Source of the DNA: Solirubrobacterales bacterium
GTDB taxonomy: Bacteria; Actinomycetota; Thermoleophilia; Solirubrobacterales; 70-9
Direction of reading: 5' to 3'
Assembly: GCA_035456265.1 (NCBI GenBank)
Contig: DATIDP010000149.1
Location: 2,719-66,718 of the forward strand
Length of the DNA stretch: 64,000 nt
The position numbers and the translations under genes are program-made. Below, in pieces: positions 9,345 through 18,362 of the stretch (positions are counted from its first letter, which is position 1; every line of letters begins with the position of its first letter). The notes below the pieces were generated by a model. The model did not search any database. It was not told the origin of the DNA and saw only the letters and a program-made list of their open reading frames with translations.

Positions 9345-10405
9345 ACCTCCTGGCGCACGAGGAGGTCGTCGTCCGGCGCGGACGGCGCAGCGGGATCTAC
9401 GTCGTCGTCTCGATCCACTCGACCGCGCTCGGTCCGGCCCTGGGCGGCCTGCGCATGTGGCGCTACGGCGCCCTCGGCGACGCGATCGCAGATGGCCTTC
9501 GGCTCTCCGAGGCGATGACCTACAAGGCCGCCGCGGCGGGGCTGGACCTCGGCGGCGGCAAGGCGGTGATCTGCGTGCCGCCCGACCGCGACCTGTCCGC
9601 CGGCGAACGGCGCGAGCTGATGCTCGACGTCGGGGACCTCGTGGACTCCGTCGAGGGGCGCTACGTGACCGCCGAGGACGTCGGCACCGGCACGGAGGAC
9701 ATGGCGCTCATCCGGGAGCGCACAGAGCACGTCGTCGGCCTTCCAATCCACTCCGGCGGGTCCGGGGATCCAAGTCCGATCACGGCACGCGGCGTTGAGT
9801 CCGCGATCCGTGCGAGTTGTGAGCATCGCTACGGCAGCGGCGACCTGGCGGGTCGCCGCGTGTCCGTGGTCGGGCTGGGCCATGTCGGTGCACGCCTGGC
9901 GGAGCGCCTCGCGTCAGACGGGGCGGAGCTCGGCGTCTCGGACATCGAGCCGGCCAAGCGGGAGCTCGCCGAGCGGCTCGGTGCGCGCTGGCTCGAGCCG
10001 GAGGACGCGATCACGGCCGAGTGCGACGTGCTCGCTCCCTGCGCCCTGGGTGGTGCGATCGACGGCGACAACGTCGAGCGGCTCTGTTGCGAGATCGTCT
10101 GCGGAGCGGCCAACAACGTGCTCGCGAACCGCTCGCTGGCGGACCGCCTGGCCGAGCGGGGGATTCTCTACGCCCCCGACTTCATCGCCAACGCCGGCGG
10201 CCTGATCAACGTCTACGGCGAGCTCCACTCACTCGACCGGGAGCGCCTCGACTCGCTCGTGGACGGGATCGGCGCGGCCCTTCGGCGGGTCCTGAAGGCC
10301 GCAGAGCATCGCTCGGTGACCCCGGCGGCCGCAGCCAGGGCGCTCGCGGAGGAGCGCCTGGACGCCGCTCGGCACGTGCCGGCGCTCGCGCACGCCGGTG
10401 GCTAG
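9341..10405 (+). CDS. leucine (Glu/Leu/Phe/Val family) dehydrogenase
   Basis: LGPALGGLRMW and GGGKAVI motifs plus an NAD-binding GLGHVGARLA. ATG 9341 forms an ATGA overlap with the bkdC stop; the track ORF starts at GTG 9332. Confidence 0.85.
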   Translation: MNLLAHEEVVVRRGRRSGIYVVVSIHSTALGPALGGLRMWRYGALGDAIADGLRLSEAMTYKAAAAGLDLGGGKAVICVPPDRDLSAGERRELMLDVGDLVDSVEGRYVTAEDVGTGTEDMALIRERTEHVVGLPIHSGGSGDPSPITARGVESAIRASCEHRYGSGDLAGRRVSVVGLGHVGARLAERLASDGAELGVSDIEPAKRELAERLGARWLEPEDAITAECDVLAPCALGGAIDGDNVERLCCEIVCGAANNVLANRSLADRLAERGILYAPDFIANAGGLINVYGELHSLDRERLDSLVDGIGAALRRVLKAAEHRSVTPAAAARALAEERLDAARHVPALAHAGG

Positions 10406-10419
10406 GCTCGCGCGGCTCG

Positions 10420-10815
10420 ATGGACCGCGCGCAACTGACGGAGTGGCTCGAGGGGTATGAGCGTGCCTGGCGCTCGCCCGGGAACGACTCCCTGGCTGAG
10501 TTGTTCTCGGACGACGCGACCTACTCCACCGGGCCGTACGAGCGGCCGCATCGGGGCCTCGACGCGATCGCCCGGATGTGGGATGCCGAGCGGCTCGGCC
10601 CCGACGAGGCGTTCGAGATCTCGAGCGAGATCGTCGCGGTGGAGGGCGATACCGGCGTTGCCAGGATCGCGGTCCGCTACGGGGCCCCGAAGGGGAGCGA
10701 GTACCGCGACCTCTGGATCATCCGCCTGGACCACTCCGGGCGCTGCTTCCGGTTCGAGGAATGGCCGTTCTGGCCACCGGGTCAGGAAGGAGCCCCGGCT
10801 GCCGGAGCTGACTGA
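10420..10815 (+). CDS. SnoaL/NTF2-like fold protein
   Basis: 131 aa starting MDRAQLTEWLEGYERAW... with a typical SnoaL-like N-terminus. It is the ATG-initiated inner part of track ORF 10021..10815. TGATG overlap with lipB. Confidence 0.55.
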   Translation: MDRAQLTEWLEGYERAWRSPGNDSLAELFSDDATYSTGPYERPHRGLDAIARMWDAERLGPDEAFEISSEIVAVEGDTGVARIAVRYGAPKGSEYRDLWIIRLDHSGRCFRFEEWPFWPPGQEGAPAAGAD

Positions 10816-11543
10816 TGCGCGAGACTGTTGACATGGACCAGGTGCTGGTCATGCGCCCTGGACTGGTTCCCTACGAGGAAGCCAGGCGGGCGCAGAAGCG
10901 CATCGAGGCGGCGCGCCTCGCCGGCGAGGTCCCGGACGTGCTGCTGCTCATCGAGCACCCTCCCGTCTACACCAAGGGCCGCCGGGCAGAGCCGGGCGAG
11001 CTCGGAATGGGCGAGGACTGGTACCGGATGCAGGGAATCGAGATCTGCGAGGCGGATCGCGGCGGCCGCGTCACCTACCACGGCCCGGGCCAGCTGGTCG
11101 GCTACCCAATCGTCTCGTTGAAGCCCTACGGGGACAACGTGCATGGGTACGTCCGCGGGCTGGAGCGATTGATGATCGAGTCACTGGCCGCCTACGGTGT
11201 CGAGGCGGAGGTGATCGACGGGCTGACCGGTGTCTGGGTGGGGGGCCGGCCCCCCGAGGGGCGGAAGATCGGCTCGATCGGGGTTCACGTCAACCGGGGC
11301 GTCACCACCCACGGCTTCGCCGTCAACGTCAACAACGACCTCCAGCCCTTCGAGTGGATCGTTCCCTGCGGCATCGACGGCTGCCGGATGACATCGCTGA
11401 CCCGCGAGCTCCGCGCCGAGCAGGACATGAGCGCCTACATGGACCTGGTCTCCGAGCTCTTCGGCCGGATCTTCGAGCGCGACCCGGCGGAGGCCGAGGC
11501 GGAGTTGGCTCGGCTGGCCGGCCTGCCGGCCCCGGTACGGTAG
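10815..11543 (+). CDS. lipB: octanoyltransferase (lipoyl(octanoyl) transferase)
   Basis: EHPPVYTKGRR, RGGRVTYHGPGQLVGYP, KIGSIGVHV. Confidence 0.9.
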   Translation: MRETVDMDQVLVMRPGLVPYEEARRAQKRIEAARLAGEVPDVLLLIEHPPVYTKGRRAEPGELGMGEDWYRMQGIEICEADRGGRVTYHGPGQLVGYPIVSLKPYGDNVHGYVRGLERLMIESLAAYGVEAEVIDGLTGVWVGGRPPEGRKIGSIGVHVNRGVTTHGFAVNVNNDLQPFEWIVPCGIDGCRMTSLTRELRAEQDMSAYMDLVSELFGRIFERDPAEAEAELARLAGLPAPVR

Positions 11544-11548
11544 GGCCG

Positions 11549-12535
11549 ATGGCCACCCAGCACGAAACGGGTCAGCGTGACGCGCGCATCGACGCGGAGA
11601 GGCTCCACGTGACCCGTTCGCGCTCCAACCCGGGCGGGAAGGCGCAGGACGAGGAGGGCAAGGTCGCCTTCCGCTCTCGGAAGCCGCCTTGGCTCAAGGT
11701 GCCGGCGCCCGGCGGCCCGACGTACCGCCGCCTGAAGAAGGCGATCGAAGGGGACAACCTCCACACCGTCTGCCAGGAGGCGAACTGCCCGAACGTCGGC
11801 GAGTGCTGGGAGCGCGGGACGGCGACCTTCATGATCCTCGGGGACGTCTGCACGCGGCGCTGCGGGTTCTGCAACGTGCAGACGGGCAAGCCGACCTGGC
11901 ACGACCCGCTCGAGCCGCTCCGCGTCGCCAACCAGGTGAAGCGGATGGGCCTCCGGCACGCGGTGATCACCTCGGTCGACCGCGACGACCTGCCCGACTA
12001 CGGCGCGGGCGCCTTCGTCGGCGTGATCCGCTCGATCCGGCGGATGGCGCCGGGTTGCAAGGTCGAGGTCCTGACGCCGGACTTCCGGGGCCAGGAGATG
12101 CCGCTCGCCAAGGTGATCGCCGAGCGGCCCGACGTCTTCAACCACAACGTCGAGACGGTGCCGCGGCTCTACCCCATCGCCCGGCGGGGTTCCGACTTCA
12201 CGCGCTCGGCGCGGGTCCTGCGGATGGCGAAGGAGATGGCCGCCGGCGAGGTGGTCACAAAGTCAGGACTGATGGTCGGGCTCGGGGAGGAGTTCGAAGA
12301 GATGGTCGAGACCTTCGGGATCCTTCGTGGGCACGGCGTCCAGGTCCTGACTGTCGGGCAGTACCTGCGGCCGACCGAGAAGCATCTGCCCGTCGATCGC
12401 TACTGGCATCCGGACGAGTTCGCGGCCCTGGAGAAGGCCGCGTACGAGATCGGCTTCGAGTCGGTCGCCTCCGGTCCGCTGGTGCGCAGCTCCTACCACG
12501 CCGATGAGCAGCTGCCCGCTGCCTCGGCGCTATAA
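11549..12535 (+). CDS. lipA: lipoyl synthase (radical SAM)
   Basis: CQEANCPNVGECW auxiliary cluster and CTRRCGFC radical-SAM motif. ATG 11549 lies just after the lipB stop; the upstream part of track ORF 11354..12535 overlaps lipB. Confidence 0.9.
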   Translation: MATQHETGQRDARIDAERLHVTRSRSNPGGKAQDEEGKVAFRSRKPPWLKVPAPGGPTYRRLKKAIEGDNLHTVCQEANCPNVGECWERGTATFMILGDVCTRRCGFCNVQTGKPTWHDPLEPLRVANQVKRMGLRHAVITSVDRDDLPDYGAGAFVGVIRSIRRMAPGCKVEVLTPDFRGQEMPLAKVIAERPDVFNHNVETVPRLYPIARRGSDFTRSARVLRMAKEMAAGEVVTKSGLMVGLGEEFEEMVETFGILRGHGVQVLTVGQYLRPTEKHLPVDRYWHPDEFAALEKAAYEIGFESVASGPLVRSSYHADEQLPAASAL

Positions 12536-12589
12536 CCCGGCGCAGCTTTCCCTGCAAAGGCGTGTTTGGGAGGTTCGTAGCCTCGCGCC

Positions 12590-13792
12590 ATGCGTTTGCA
12601 CCGACGCAGACACCTCTCACTCCTGGTTGCGAGCGGCCTGCTCGCGGTCCTCGCGGCCGGCCCGCTGAGCAGTGGGGCGGTCTCCCAGACGACTGACGAC
12701 ACGCCGAAGGCGAAGAACCCGCTGGCCGGCGACGGGATGTGGGTCTGGTACCTGAGCCGCTCCTCGCACGGCAAGCTCGGAGCGATCGCGAAGAAGGCTC
12801 GCGCCAACGGGATCGAGACCGTCCTGATCAAGTCCGGGGACGGGACCGGCTACTGGAGCCAGTTCTCCCCGTCCGTGGTCGCCGGGCTTCATGCCCGCGG
12901 ACTCCGGGTCTGCGCCTGGCAGTTCATCTACGGCCGCAAGCCGGGCAAGGAGGCGCGGGTCGGGGCCGCGGCCGTCGCGAACGGCGCGGACTGCCTGGTG
13001 CTCGACGTCGAGGGTCAGTACGAGGGGAAGTACCCGCAGGCGTCGTTCTTCATGTCGAGCCTCCGATCGCGGATCGGCCAGGACTATCCGGTGGCCCTGG
13101 CGAGCTTCCCCTACGTCGATTACCACCCGGCGCTCCCGTTCTCGGTCTTTCTCGGTCCGGGCGGGGCGCAGTACAACGTCCCGCAGCTCTATTGGAAGGA
13201 CATCGGTACCACGGTCGACACCGGGTTCATCCACACCTGGGTATGGAACCGGATCTACCAGCGACCGATCCTCCCGCTCGGCCAGGTCTACAACAACCCG
13301 AAGGCCGGCCAGATCAAGCGCTTCCGGGCGCTCGCCATGTCGCACGGTTTCGAGGGGGTGAGCTGGTGGTCCTGGCAGTCCGCCCGCAAGCGGCAGTGGA
13401 AGGCCCTTCGCACTCCGGTGGCGCCGGCGAGCACCCCGCCCTATCCCAGCTATCCCTTCCTGCGCCTCGGCTCGAAGGGCGACTTCGTGGCCTGGGCCCA
13501 GCAGCTGCTCGAGGGAGCCGGGTGTTCGGTGCCGGTCACCGGCTATTACCAGGGCTCGACGCAGGCCGCCGTGTACACGTTCCAGGCCGCCAACGGCCTC
13601 ACCCAGACCGGCAACCTCGACGTCCCGACCTGGAGCGTGCTGATCCAGAGCAAGGCGATGCCCGTCACCTGGACGAAGGCCGGCGCGGTGGCGGCGCGGA
13701 CCGGCGGACGCCTGACCCTGCCGGCACCGCGCTCGGCGAAGCTGCCGGCTGTGCGAGACGAGATCCCGCCCGCGTCGAAACGCGCGCGGTAG
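12590..13792 (+). CDS. secreted protein: TIM-barrel glycoside-hydrolase-like domain plus C-terminal peptidoglycan-binding domain
   Basis: Signal-peptide-like N-terminus. C-terminal PG_binding_1-like repeat (GSKGDFVAWAQQLL...YYQGSTQAAVYTFQAANGLTQTGNLDVPTW). The N-terminal domain call is tentative. Confidence 0.55.
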   Translation: MRLHRRRHLSLLVASGLLAVLAAGPLSSGAVSQTTDDTPKAKNPLAGDGMWVWYLSRSSHGKLGAIAKKARANGIETVLIKSGDGTGYWSQFSPSVVAGLHARGLRVCAWQFIYGRKPGKEARVGAAAVANGADCLVLDVEGQYEGKYPQASFFMSSLRSRIGQDYPVALASFPYVDYHPALPFSVFLGPGGAQYNVPQLYWKDIGTTVDTGFIHTWVWNRIYQRPILPLGQVYNNPKAGQIKRFRALAMSHGFEGVSWWSWQSARKRQWKALRTPVAPASTPPYPSYPFLRLGSKGDFVAWAQQLLEGAGCSVPVTGYYQGSTQAAVYTFQAANGLTQTGNLDVPTWSVLIQSKAMPVTWTKAGAVAARTGGRLTLPAPRSAKLPAVRDEIPPASKRAR

Positions 13793-13836
13793 CTGCACGG
13801 CGTTCCAGGTTGCGCGGCTAGTGTTCGGCCCGGCCG

Positions 13837-14706
13837 GTGCTGCCGCTGAAGGACAACAACCCGACCTCGCGGTTCCCGGTCATGACCGTCGCGCTGATCG
13901 TGATCAACGTCGCGATCTTCATCTGGCAGCTCAACTTCCCGACCGACCAGAAGCTCGACCAGGTCGGCTTCGGCTCGATCGACCAGAGCTCGCTGGAGTA
14001 CGGGGCCATCCCGTACCGGATCACGCATGCGGAGGACCGGAACTGCGTGGTGGGAGGTGTGCCCAACTCGCAGGGGCAGCTGGAGGCGGGCGTGGTCTGC
14101 CCGGGAACGAAGGACTACGACCGGGCCGTGGCGATCGGGCGGGAGGACCCGCAGGCCACGCCGATTCCGATCAATCAGGCCCCGTGGTGGGAGACGCTGT
14201 TCACCTCGATGTTCATGCACGGAGGCTTCCTGCACATCGCGGGCAACATGCTCTTCCTCTGGGTCTTCGGCAACAACATCGAGGACCGGCTGGGGCGGGT
14301 CAAGTTCCTGATCTTCTATGTGCTCGCCGGGCTGATCGCGGTGTACACGCAGGCGCTGATCGACCCCGCATCCACCGCCCCGACGATCGGAGCGAGCGGC
14401 GCGATAGCGGGGGTGCTCGGGGCCTACGCGCTGCTCTACCCCCACGCCCGGGTCCTGACCCTGATCTTCATCATCTTCTTCGTCACGCTCGTCGAGATCC
14501 CGGCCCTGATCCTGCTCGCCATCTGGTTCATCCTGCAATTCGTCCCCGCCTTGGGACAGGTCGCGGTGGAGACGGGGGGTGGCCAGGGGGTCGCCTATTT
14601 CGCCCACGTGGGCGGCTTCGTCTTCGGACTGGCCGTGGCTGCGGTCATCCTTTCGATCACCGGCCGCGGAGACAGGGAAGAGCCGCCTCGATTACCGGTC
14701 TACTGA
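13837..14706 (+). CDS. rhomboid-family intramembrane serine protease
   Basis: FMHGGFLHIAGNMLFLWVFG, catalytic GASGAIAGVLGAY and AHVGGF motifs. About 80-aa insertion after TM1. Confidence 0.85.
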   Translation: MLPLKDNNPTSRFPVMTVALIVINVAIFIWQLNFPTDQKLDQVGFGSIDQSSLEYGAIPYRITHAEDRNCVVGGVPNSQGQLEAGVVCPGTKDYDRAVAIGREDPQATPIPINQAPWWETLFTSMFMHGGFLHIAGNMLFLWVFGNNIEDRLGRVKFLIFYVLAGLIAVYTQALIDPASTAPTIGASGAIAGVLGAYALLYPHARVLTLIFIIFFVTLVEIPALILLAIWFILQFVPALGQVAVETGGGQGVAYFAHVGGFVFGLAVAAVILSITGRGDREEPPRLPVY

Positions 14707-14712
14707 GCGAAA

Positions 14713-14928
14713 TTGGATCCAGATCTCAGGAACGCGCTGCTGCTGCTCGGCCTGCTGTTCTGCGGCTTCTTCGCGGTCGTCACGCTCTACGTGATCGTCG
14801 ACACCGGACTGCGCCTGCGGACCTACGGAGACATCGGCGCGATCATCCTCTACGGCATCTCGCTGCTGATCATCGGGATGATCGCGGCGGGCCTGATCGG
14901 TGCTCTTCGAAACCCGCCCGATGATTAG
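14713..14928 (+). CDS. small two-TM membrane protein (71 aa)
   Basis: Two clear hydrophobic helices. Sits 6 nt after the rhomboid stop, and its 3-prime end overlaps the ATG of the next gene by 8 nt. Confidence 0.45.
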   Translation: MDPDLRNALLLLGLLFCGFFAVVTLYVIVDTGLRLRTYGDIGAIILYGISLLIIGMIAAGLIGALRNPPDD

Positions 14929-16009
14929 GCGCGTGGCGGCGATCGGGGCGCTCCTGTTCGCCTTCGCCGCCGCGATCATCGCCATCGCGATCTGGCCGGA
15001 GAGCGCCGGGAACAGTGACACCCAGTCGAGGGGCCCACACCGGGCGCTCTCCGCGGCGGGAGGCGAAGCGGCGAACGGGATCGCGGGCGACCCTGGCACG
15101 CGCTCCAGGCAATCGATCGGGACCTTCGCGGCCAAATTGAGCACGGCTGAGCGCCCCGGCGACGCCCGCTTCGCGCTCCAGCCCGTGGCGGGACCCCTGC
15201 CCGTCCGCTACCGATTCAAGCACCCGCCGATCGCGGGCGTTCTCTTCGACCTGAAGAGCGGCCAGATCCTCTGGCAGCGGAACCCGAGGCTGAAGCGGCC
15301 GATCGCGAGCCTGACGAAGATGATGACCGCGCTGATGGTCGCGCGAACCGATTCGCCGGACGAGCGGGTCAGGGTGAGCCGGAACGCGGCGCATACTCAG
15401 GGCTCTGCCACCGGGCTGCTGCCGCGGGGCCGCAAGGTCCCGCTCGAGGCGTTGCTCGAGGCCCTGATCCTGATCTCCGCGAACGACGCCGCCGTGGCGC
15501 TCGCCGAACACGACGGCGGCAGCGTCCCCCACTTCATCAAGGAGATGAACGCGACAGCGCGGGCGATGGGCCTCACCTGCACGCATTTCACGACCCCCAA
15601 CGGCCTGCGCGACCGTGGCAACTACTCCTGTCCACGCGACCTGGCCGCCCTGGCGCGCGCCGACCTCGCCAACAAGCGGATCGCCGGGATCGTGCAGACC
15701 CGGTCGGCCAAGCCGCGCTTCCCGATCAAGGGCAAGCGGCTCTACCTGACGAACAACCACTACTTCCTGCAGCACGGCATTGGCGTGCCGGGGGCCGAGG
15801 TGACCGGGGTGAAGACGGGGTTCACCGACGCAGCGGGCAGCTGCTACGTCACGACGGCGCGGCTCGGCAGCCACCATCTCGGCCTCGTGCTCCTGCACTC
15901 GCCCAGCCCGCTGACCCAGGTGCCCGCACTGCTGCGGGCGGGATTCGTCGAGGTCGGGGCGATCGCGCCGACGGCGCCGGCGCCACCTGTGGTCCCGCCC
16001 ACCGGGTAG
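14921..16009 (+). CDS. D-alanyl-D-alanine carboxypeptidase (serine-type, PBP5-like)
   Basis: SLTKMMT (SxxK), SANDAA (SxN) and KTGFT (KTG) motifs. ATG 14921 gives a signal-anchor N-terminus, MIRRVAAIGALLFAF. Confidence 0.85.
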   Translation: MIRRVAAIGALLFAFAAAIIAIAIWPESAGNSDTQSRGPHRALSAAGGEAANGIAGDPGTRSRQSIGTFAAKLSTAERPGDARFALQPVAGPLPVRYRFKHPPIAGVLFDLKSGQILWQRNPRLKRPIASLTKMMTALMVARTDSPDERVRVSRNAAHTQGSATGLLPRGRKVPLEALLEALILISANDAAVALAEHDGGSVPHFIKEMNATARAMGLTCTHFTTPNGLRDRGNYSCPRDLAALARADLANKRIAGIVQTRSAKPRFPIKGKRLYLTNNHYFLQHGIGVPGAEVTGVKTGFTDAAGSCYVTTARLGSHHLGLVLLHSPSPLTQVPALLRAGFVEVGAIAPTAPAPPVVPPTG

Positions 16010-16019
16010 ACCACGCCAG

Positions 16020-16922
16020 GTGCGGGGGCGCATGCCAACGCCAAACGGGTCGCGCTGGCGCGCGCCCTCTGGTCAAACCCTGATCGGCGTCGCGCTGTGC
16101 GCGGCGATCCTCGCATTCGCCGCCGCCGACCTGATTCACACCGAGTCCCGGCTTCCGGACGCCGGTGCGAGCTGCCGGGAGAGTGATACCGCCTGCCGCA
16201 ACACCGAGCTCAGCGAGCAGCTTGCGCGCGACCGCGCCGCCGAGCCGCTCCAGGAGAGGTACGACACCCGCGCCTGGCTCTACGCCTTCGGGATTCTGGC
16301 GATCGCAGCGCTCACCGTGGCGTACAGGCTGCGCACCACCTCTCGCCGTCAATGGCTTCGGATCTTCACCAACCTCGGGGTGGCAGGCGTCTGGCTGGGA
16401 ATCGGCGCCGTCGTGCTGCTCCTGGCGACTGACGGAAGCTCGGTGTCGCCCCCGCCCGCGCCGCTGTTGATGATCCCGGTGATCCTGCTGGTCGCGGCGG
16501 CGGCGGGCACCCTGATGGGCCGGTCGGAGGGCTGGGCCGAGCAGGGTCAGGCGAATGGGGTCAGGGAGATGTTGATGCAGGCCGGCAGGTTCGCGATCGA
16601 CGTCGGGACGGCCGGTCAGGTGCGTCGCTCCCGGATGGAGGAGCTGGCCGAGTGGCTGTCGCTCGCCACGAGGTCGCTGACAGCGCTCACCTGCCTCTTC
16701 GCGCTCGTCTTCGTGCTGGCTCAGCCGGGTTGCGACGCGAGCGCGAGCCCGCCCGACTGGACCAATCCGGTCGACTCAGTCGCGGCGGTGACGGCGATCG
16801 GAGCGATGGCGGCCGCCGTGGGCGCTCTCGTCCTGCGGAGGTGGGTGGTCGCCCTGGCCGGCCTGGTGATCTGCCCGGTCGCGGTGCTCTTCGTGCTCGC
16901 CAGCACGTGTGCCTTCTACTGA
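16020..16922 (+). CDS. polytopic membrane protein, unknown function
   Basis: About 6-7 hydrophobic helices; no family recognised. Confidence 0.45.
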   Translation: MRGRMPTPNGSRWRAPSGQTLIGVALCAAILAFAAADLIHTESRLPDAGASCRESDTACRNTELSEQLARDRAAEPLQERYDTRAWLYAFGILAIAALTVAYRLRTTSRRQWLRIFTNLGVAGVWLGIGAVVLLLATDGSSVSPPPAPLLMIPVILLVAAAAGTLMGRSEGWAEQGQANGVREMLMQAGRFAIDVGTAGQVRRSRMEELAEWLSLATRSLTALTCLFALVFVLAQPGCDASASPPDWTNPVDSVAAVTAIGAMAAAVGALVLRRWVVALAGLVICPVAVLFVLASTCAFY

Positions 16923-16938
16923 TCCGCCCGGTGGCGGA
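16923..16938. terminator. short hairpin between convergent genes
   Basis: tccgcc-cggt-ggcgga: 6-bp perfect stem with a 4-nt loop, in the 21-nt gap between convergent stops. No U-tract. Confidence 0.3.
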
Positions 16939-16943
16939 ATCGC

Positions 16944-18143
16944 TCAGCCGAAGACCTGGACGTCGGCGATGTCGACGTGGGTGCCGGGCATCACCGGATC
17001 GTGGTAGATGCCGAGCCGCAGGTGTGAGGGGATCGACGAGCCGACCGAGAGACCCGGCCCAGCCGGGCTGATCTCCTTCTTCAGGTTGTACATGTGGAAG
17101 ACGGGGCTCGCCACGCCTCCGATGGTGATCTGGAAGAGACCCTTGGTGGGGTCGGTCGAGTAGGTGGCGTCGACGACGATGTGGGTCCAGTTCCCGAGCG
17201 CGTTGCCCGCCGGCGTCGTCCAGATGTAGCGCGTGGTCTCCGACAGGCCCGACGAGCTCGACTGCTTCAGGATCCAGTTGCCCTCGATCGCCTGGAGGGA
17301 GACGACCGGGGTGCCGTCGGCGTTGGTCGCCGGCTCCGACTGCTTCATCTGCATCACGACCTGCCAGTGGTCCATGTCGTAGAGAGGGAAGTCGCTCGGC
17401 AGACGCATCCAGTAGGAGGTCACCCGGCGCATGCCCGCGCGGTAGAGGTAGAAGGTGTCCGACTTTCCGTCCTCGAAGAGATAGTCGCTGTTGCCGAGCT
17501 CGGCCCGCTCGCTGTTGCCGTGGTAGAGGTCGCCGTTCATCGCGGTCATTCGCCGGAACGGGCCGCCGTCGGGTCCGCCCGCCGCGAACCACTGATGACG
17601 GGTCGGCGAAACGGCGTCGATGTCTCCCCAGAGCGGGATCGGATCGTGATCGGTGGCCAGATCCTCCTTGAGGAGGTGGAGCCCGCAGCCGCTGCCACCC
17701 TGCGCCGAGATTCGCACCGTGGCGCGGACGCGCTTCCCGTGTCTCCCGACCGCCCTCAGCCTCACCTTTCGCCGGCCCGTGGAGAGCAGTCGCACGCAGG
17801 CGGAGAACCCGCCGCCCCGGTCGGCGCGGGTCCCCCCGATCCGGCGCCAGGATCCCTTCTTCCGCTGCTGGACCCGGACCCTGCCCGGCGAGCAGATGGC
17901 GCCCGAGATGACGAACTCCGCCCGCGGCTGCACGATGTTCAGGGTCGGGTTCAGGTTGCCGCTGCAGGCGGGATGCTTGGCACTCGCCGATGCTGGAGCG
18001 GCGCAGGCGACGGCCGTGGCCAGCAGCACGCCGGCCGCGCCGCTGCCCAGGAAGCGGATCGATCCCACCCCGATTGGGTCGGTCAAGGCGGCGTCAAGCT
18101 TGAAAGTTGACCCACCGGGCAGCGGCGCTCTCCGGCGCTTCAC
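16944..18143 (-). CDS. secreted protein with Ig-like region and concanavalin-like (polysaccharide-lyase-like) C-terminal domain
   Basis: Arg-rich signal peptide (MKRRRAP...ASASA). The C-terminal domain pattern resembles the PF14099-type polysaccharide lyase fold; tentative. Confidence 0.45.
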   Translation of the reverse strand: MKRRRAPLPGGSTFKLDAALTDPIGVGSIRFLGSGAAGVLLATAVACAAPASASAKHPACSGNLNPTLNIVQPRAEFVISGAICSPGRVRVQQRKKGSWRRIGGTRADRGGGFSACVRLLSTGRRKVRLRAVGRHGKRVRATVRISAQGGSGCGLHLLKEDLATDHDPIPLWGDIDAVSPTRHQWFAAGGPDGGPFRRMTAMNGDLYHGNSERAELGNSDYLFEDGKSDTFYLYRAGMRRVTSYWMRLPSDFPLYDMDHWQVVMQMKQSEPATNADGTPVVSLQAIEGNWILKQSSSSGLSETTRYIWTTPAGNALGNWTHIVVDATYSTDPTKGLFQITIGGVASPVFHMYNLKKEISPAGPGLSVGSSIPSHLRLGIYHDPVMPGTHVDIADVQVFG

Positions 18144-18167
18144 AGCGCCTTCTCACGCCCGGGGCGA

Positions 18168-18240
18168 TGGAGCCAGCGGGGCTCGAACCCGCGACCTCGG
18201 CGTTGCAAACGCCGCGCTCTCCCAACTGAGCTATGGCCCC
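18168..18240 (-). tRNA. tRNA-Ala (anticodon UGC)
   Basis: Reverse complement is GGGGCCATAGCTCAGTTGGGAGAGCGCGGCGTTTGCAACGCCGAGGTCGCGGGTTCGAGCCCCGCTGGCTCCA. It folds as a cloverleaf with a G3:U70 pair and anticodon loop TTTGCAA. CCA is not encoded. Confidence 0.9.
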
Positions 18241-18271
18241 GTGGGTGGCCGATTGTAGGCCGGGTACACAC

Positions 18272-18283
18272 ATTCCCGGGAAT
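18272..18283. promoter_or_regulatory. 12-bp perfect palindrome ATTCCCGGGAAT upstream of gdh
   Basis: Perfect dyad in the tRNA-gdh intergenic region, about 80 nt upstream of the gdh start. Confidence 0.2.
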
Positions 18284-18362
18284 ATCGGGCTGTGAGAGAC
18301 TGGCCACGCTGGCCTCAACAAACGGGGCGTGCCCGGCGGCGCGTCCTCACATCCCAGGAGAG

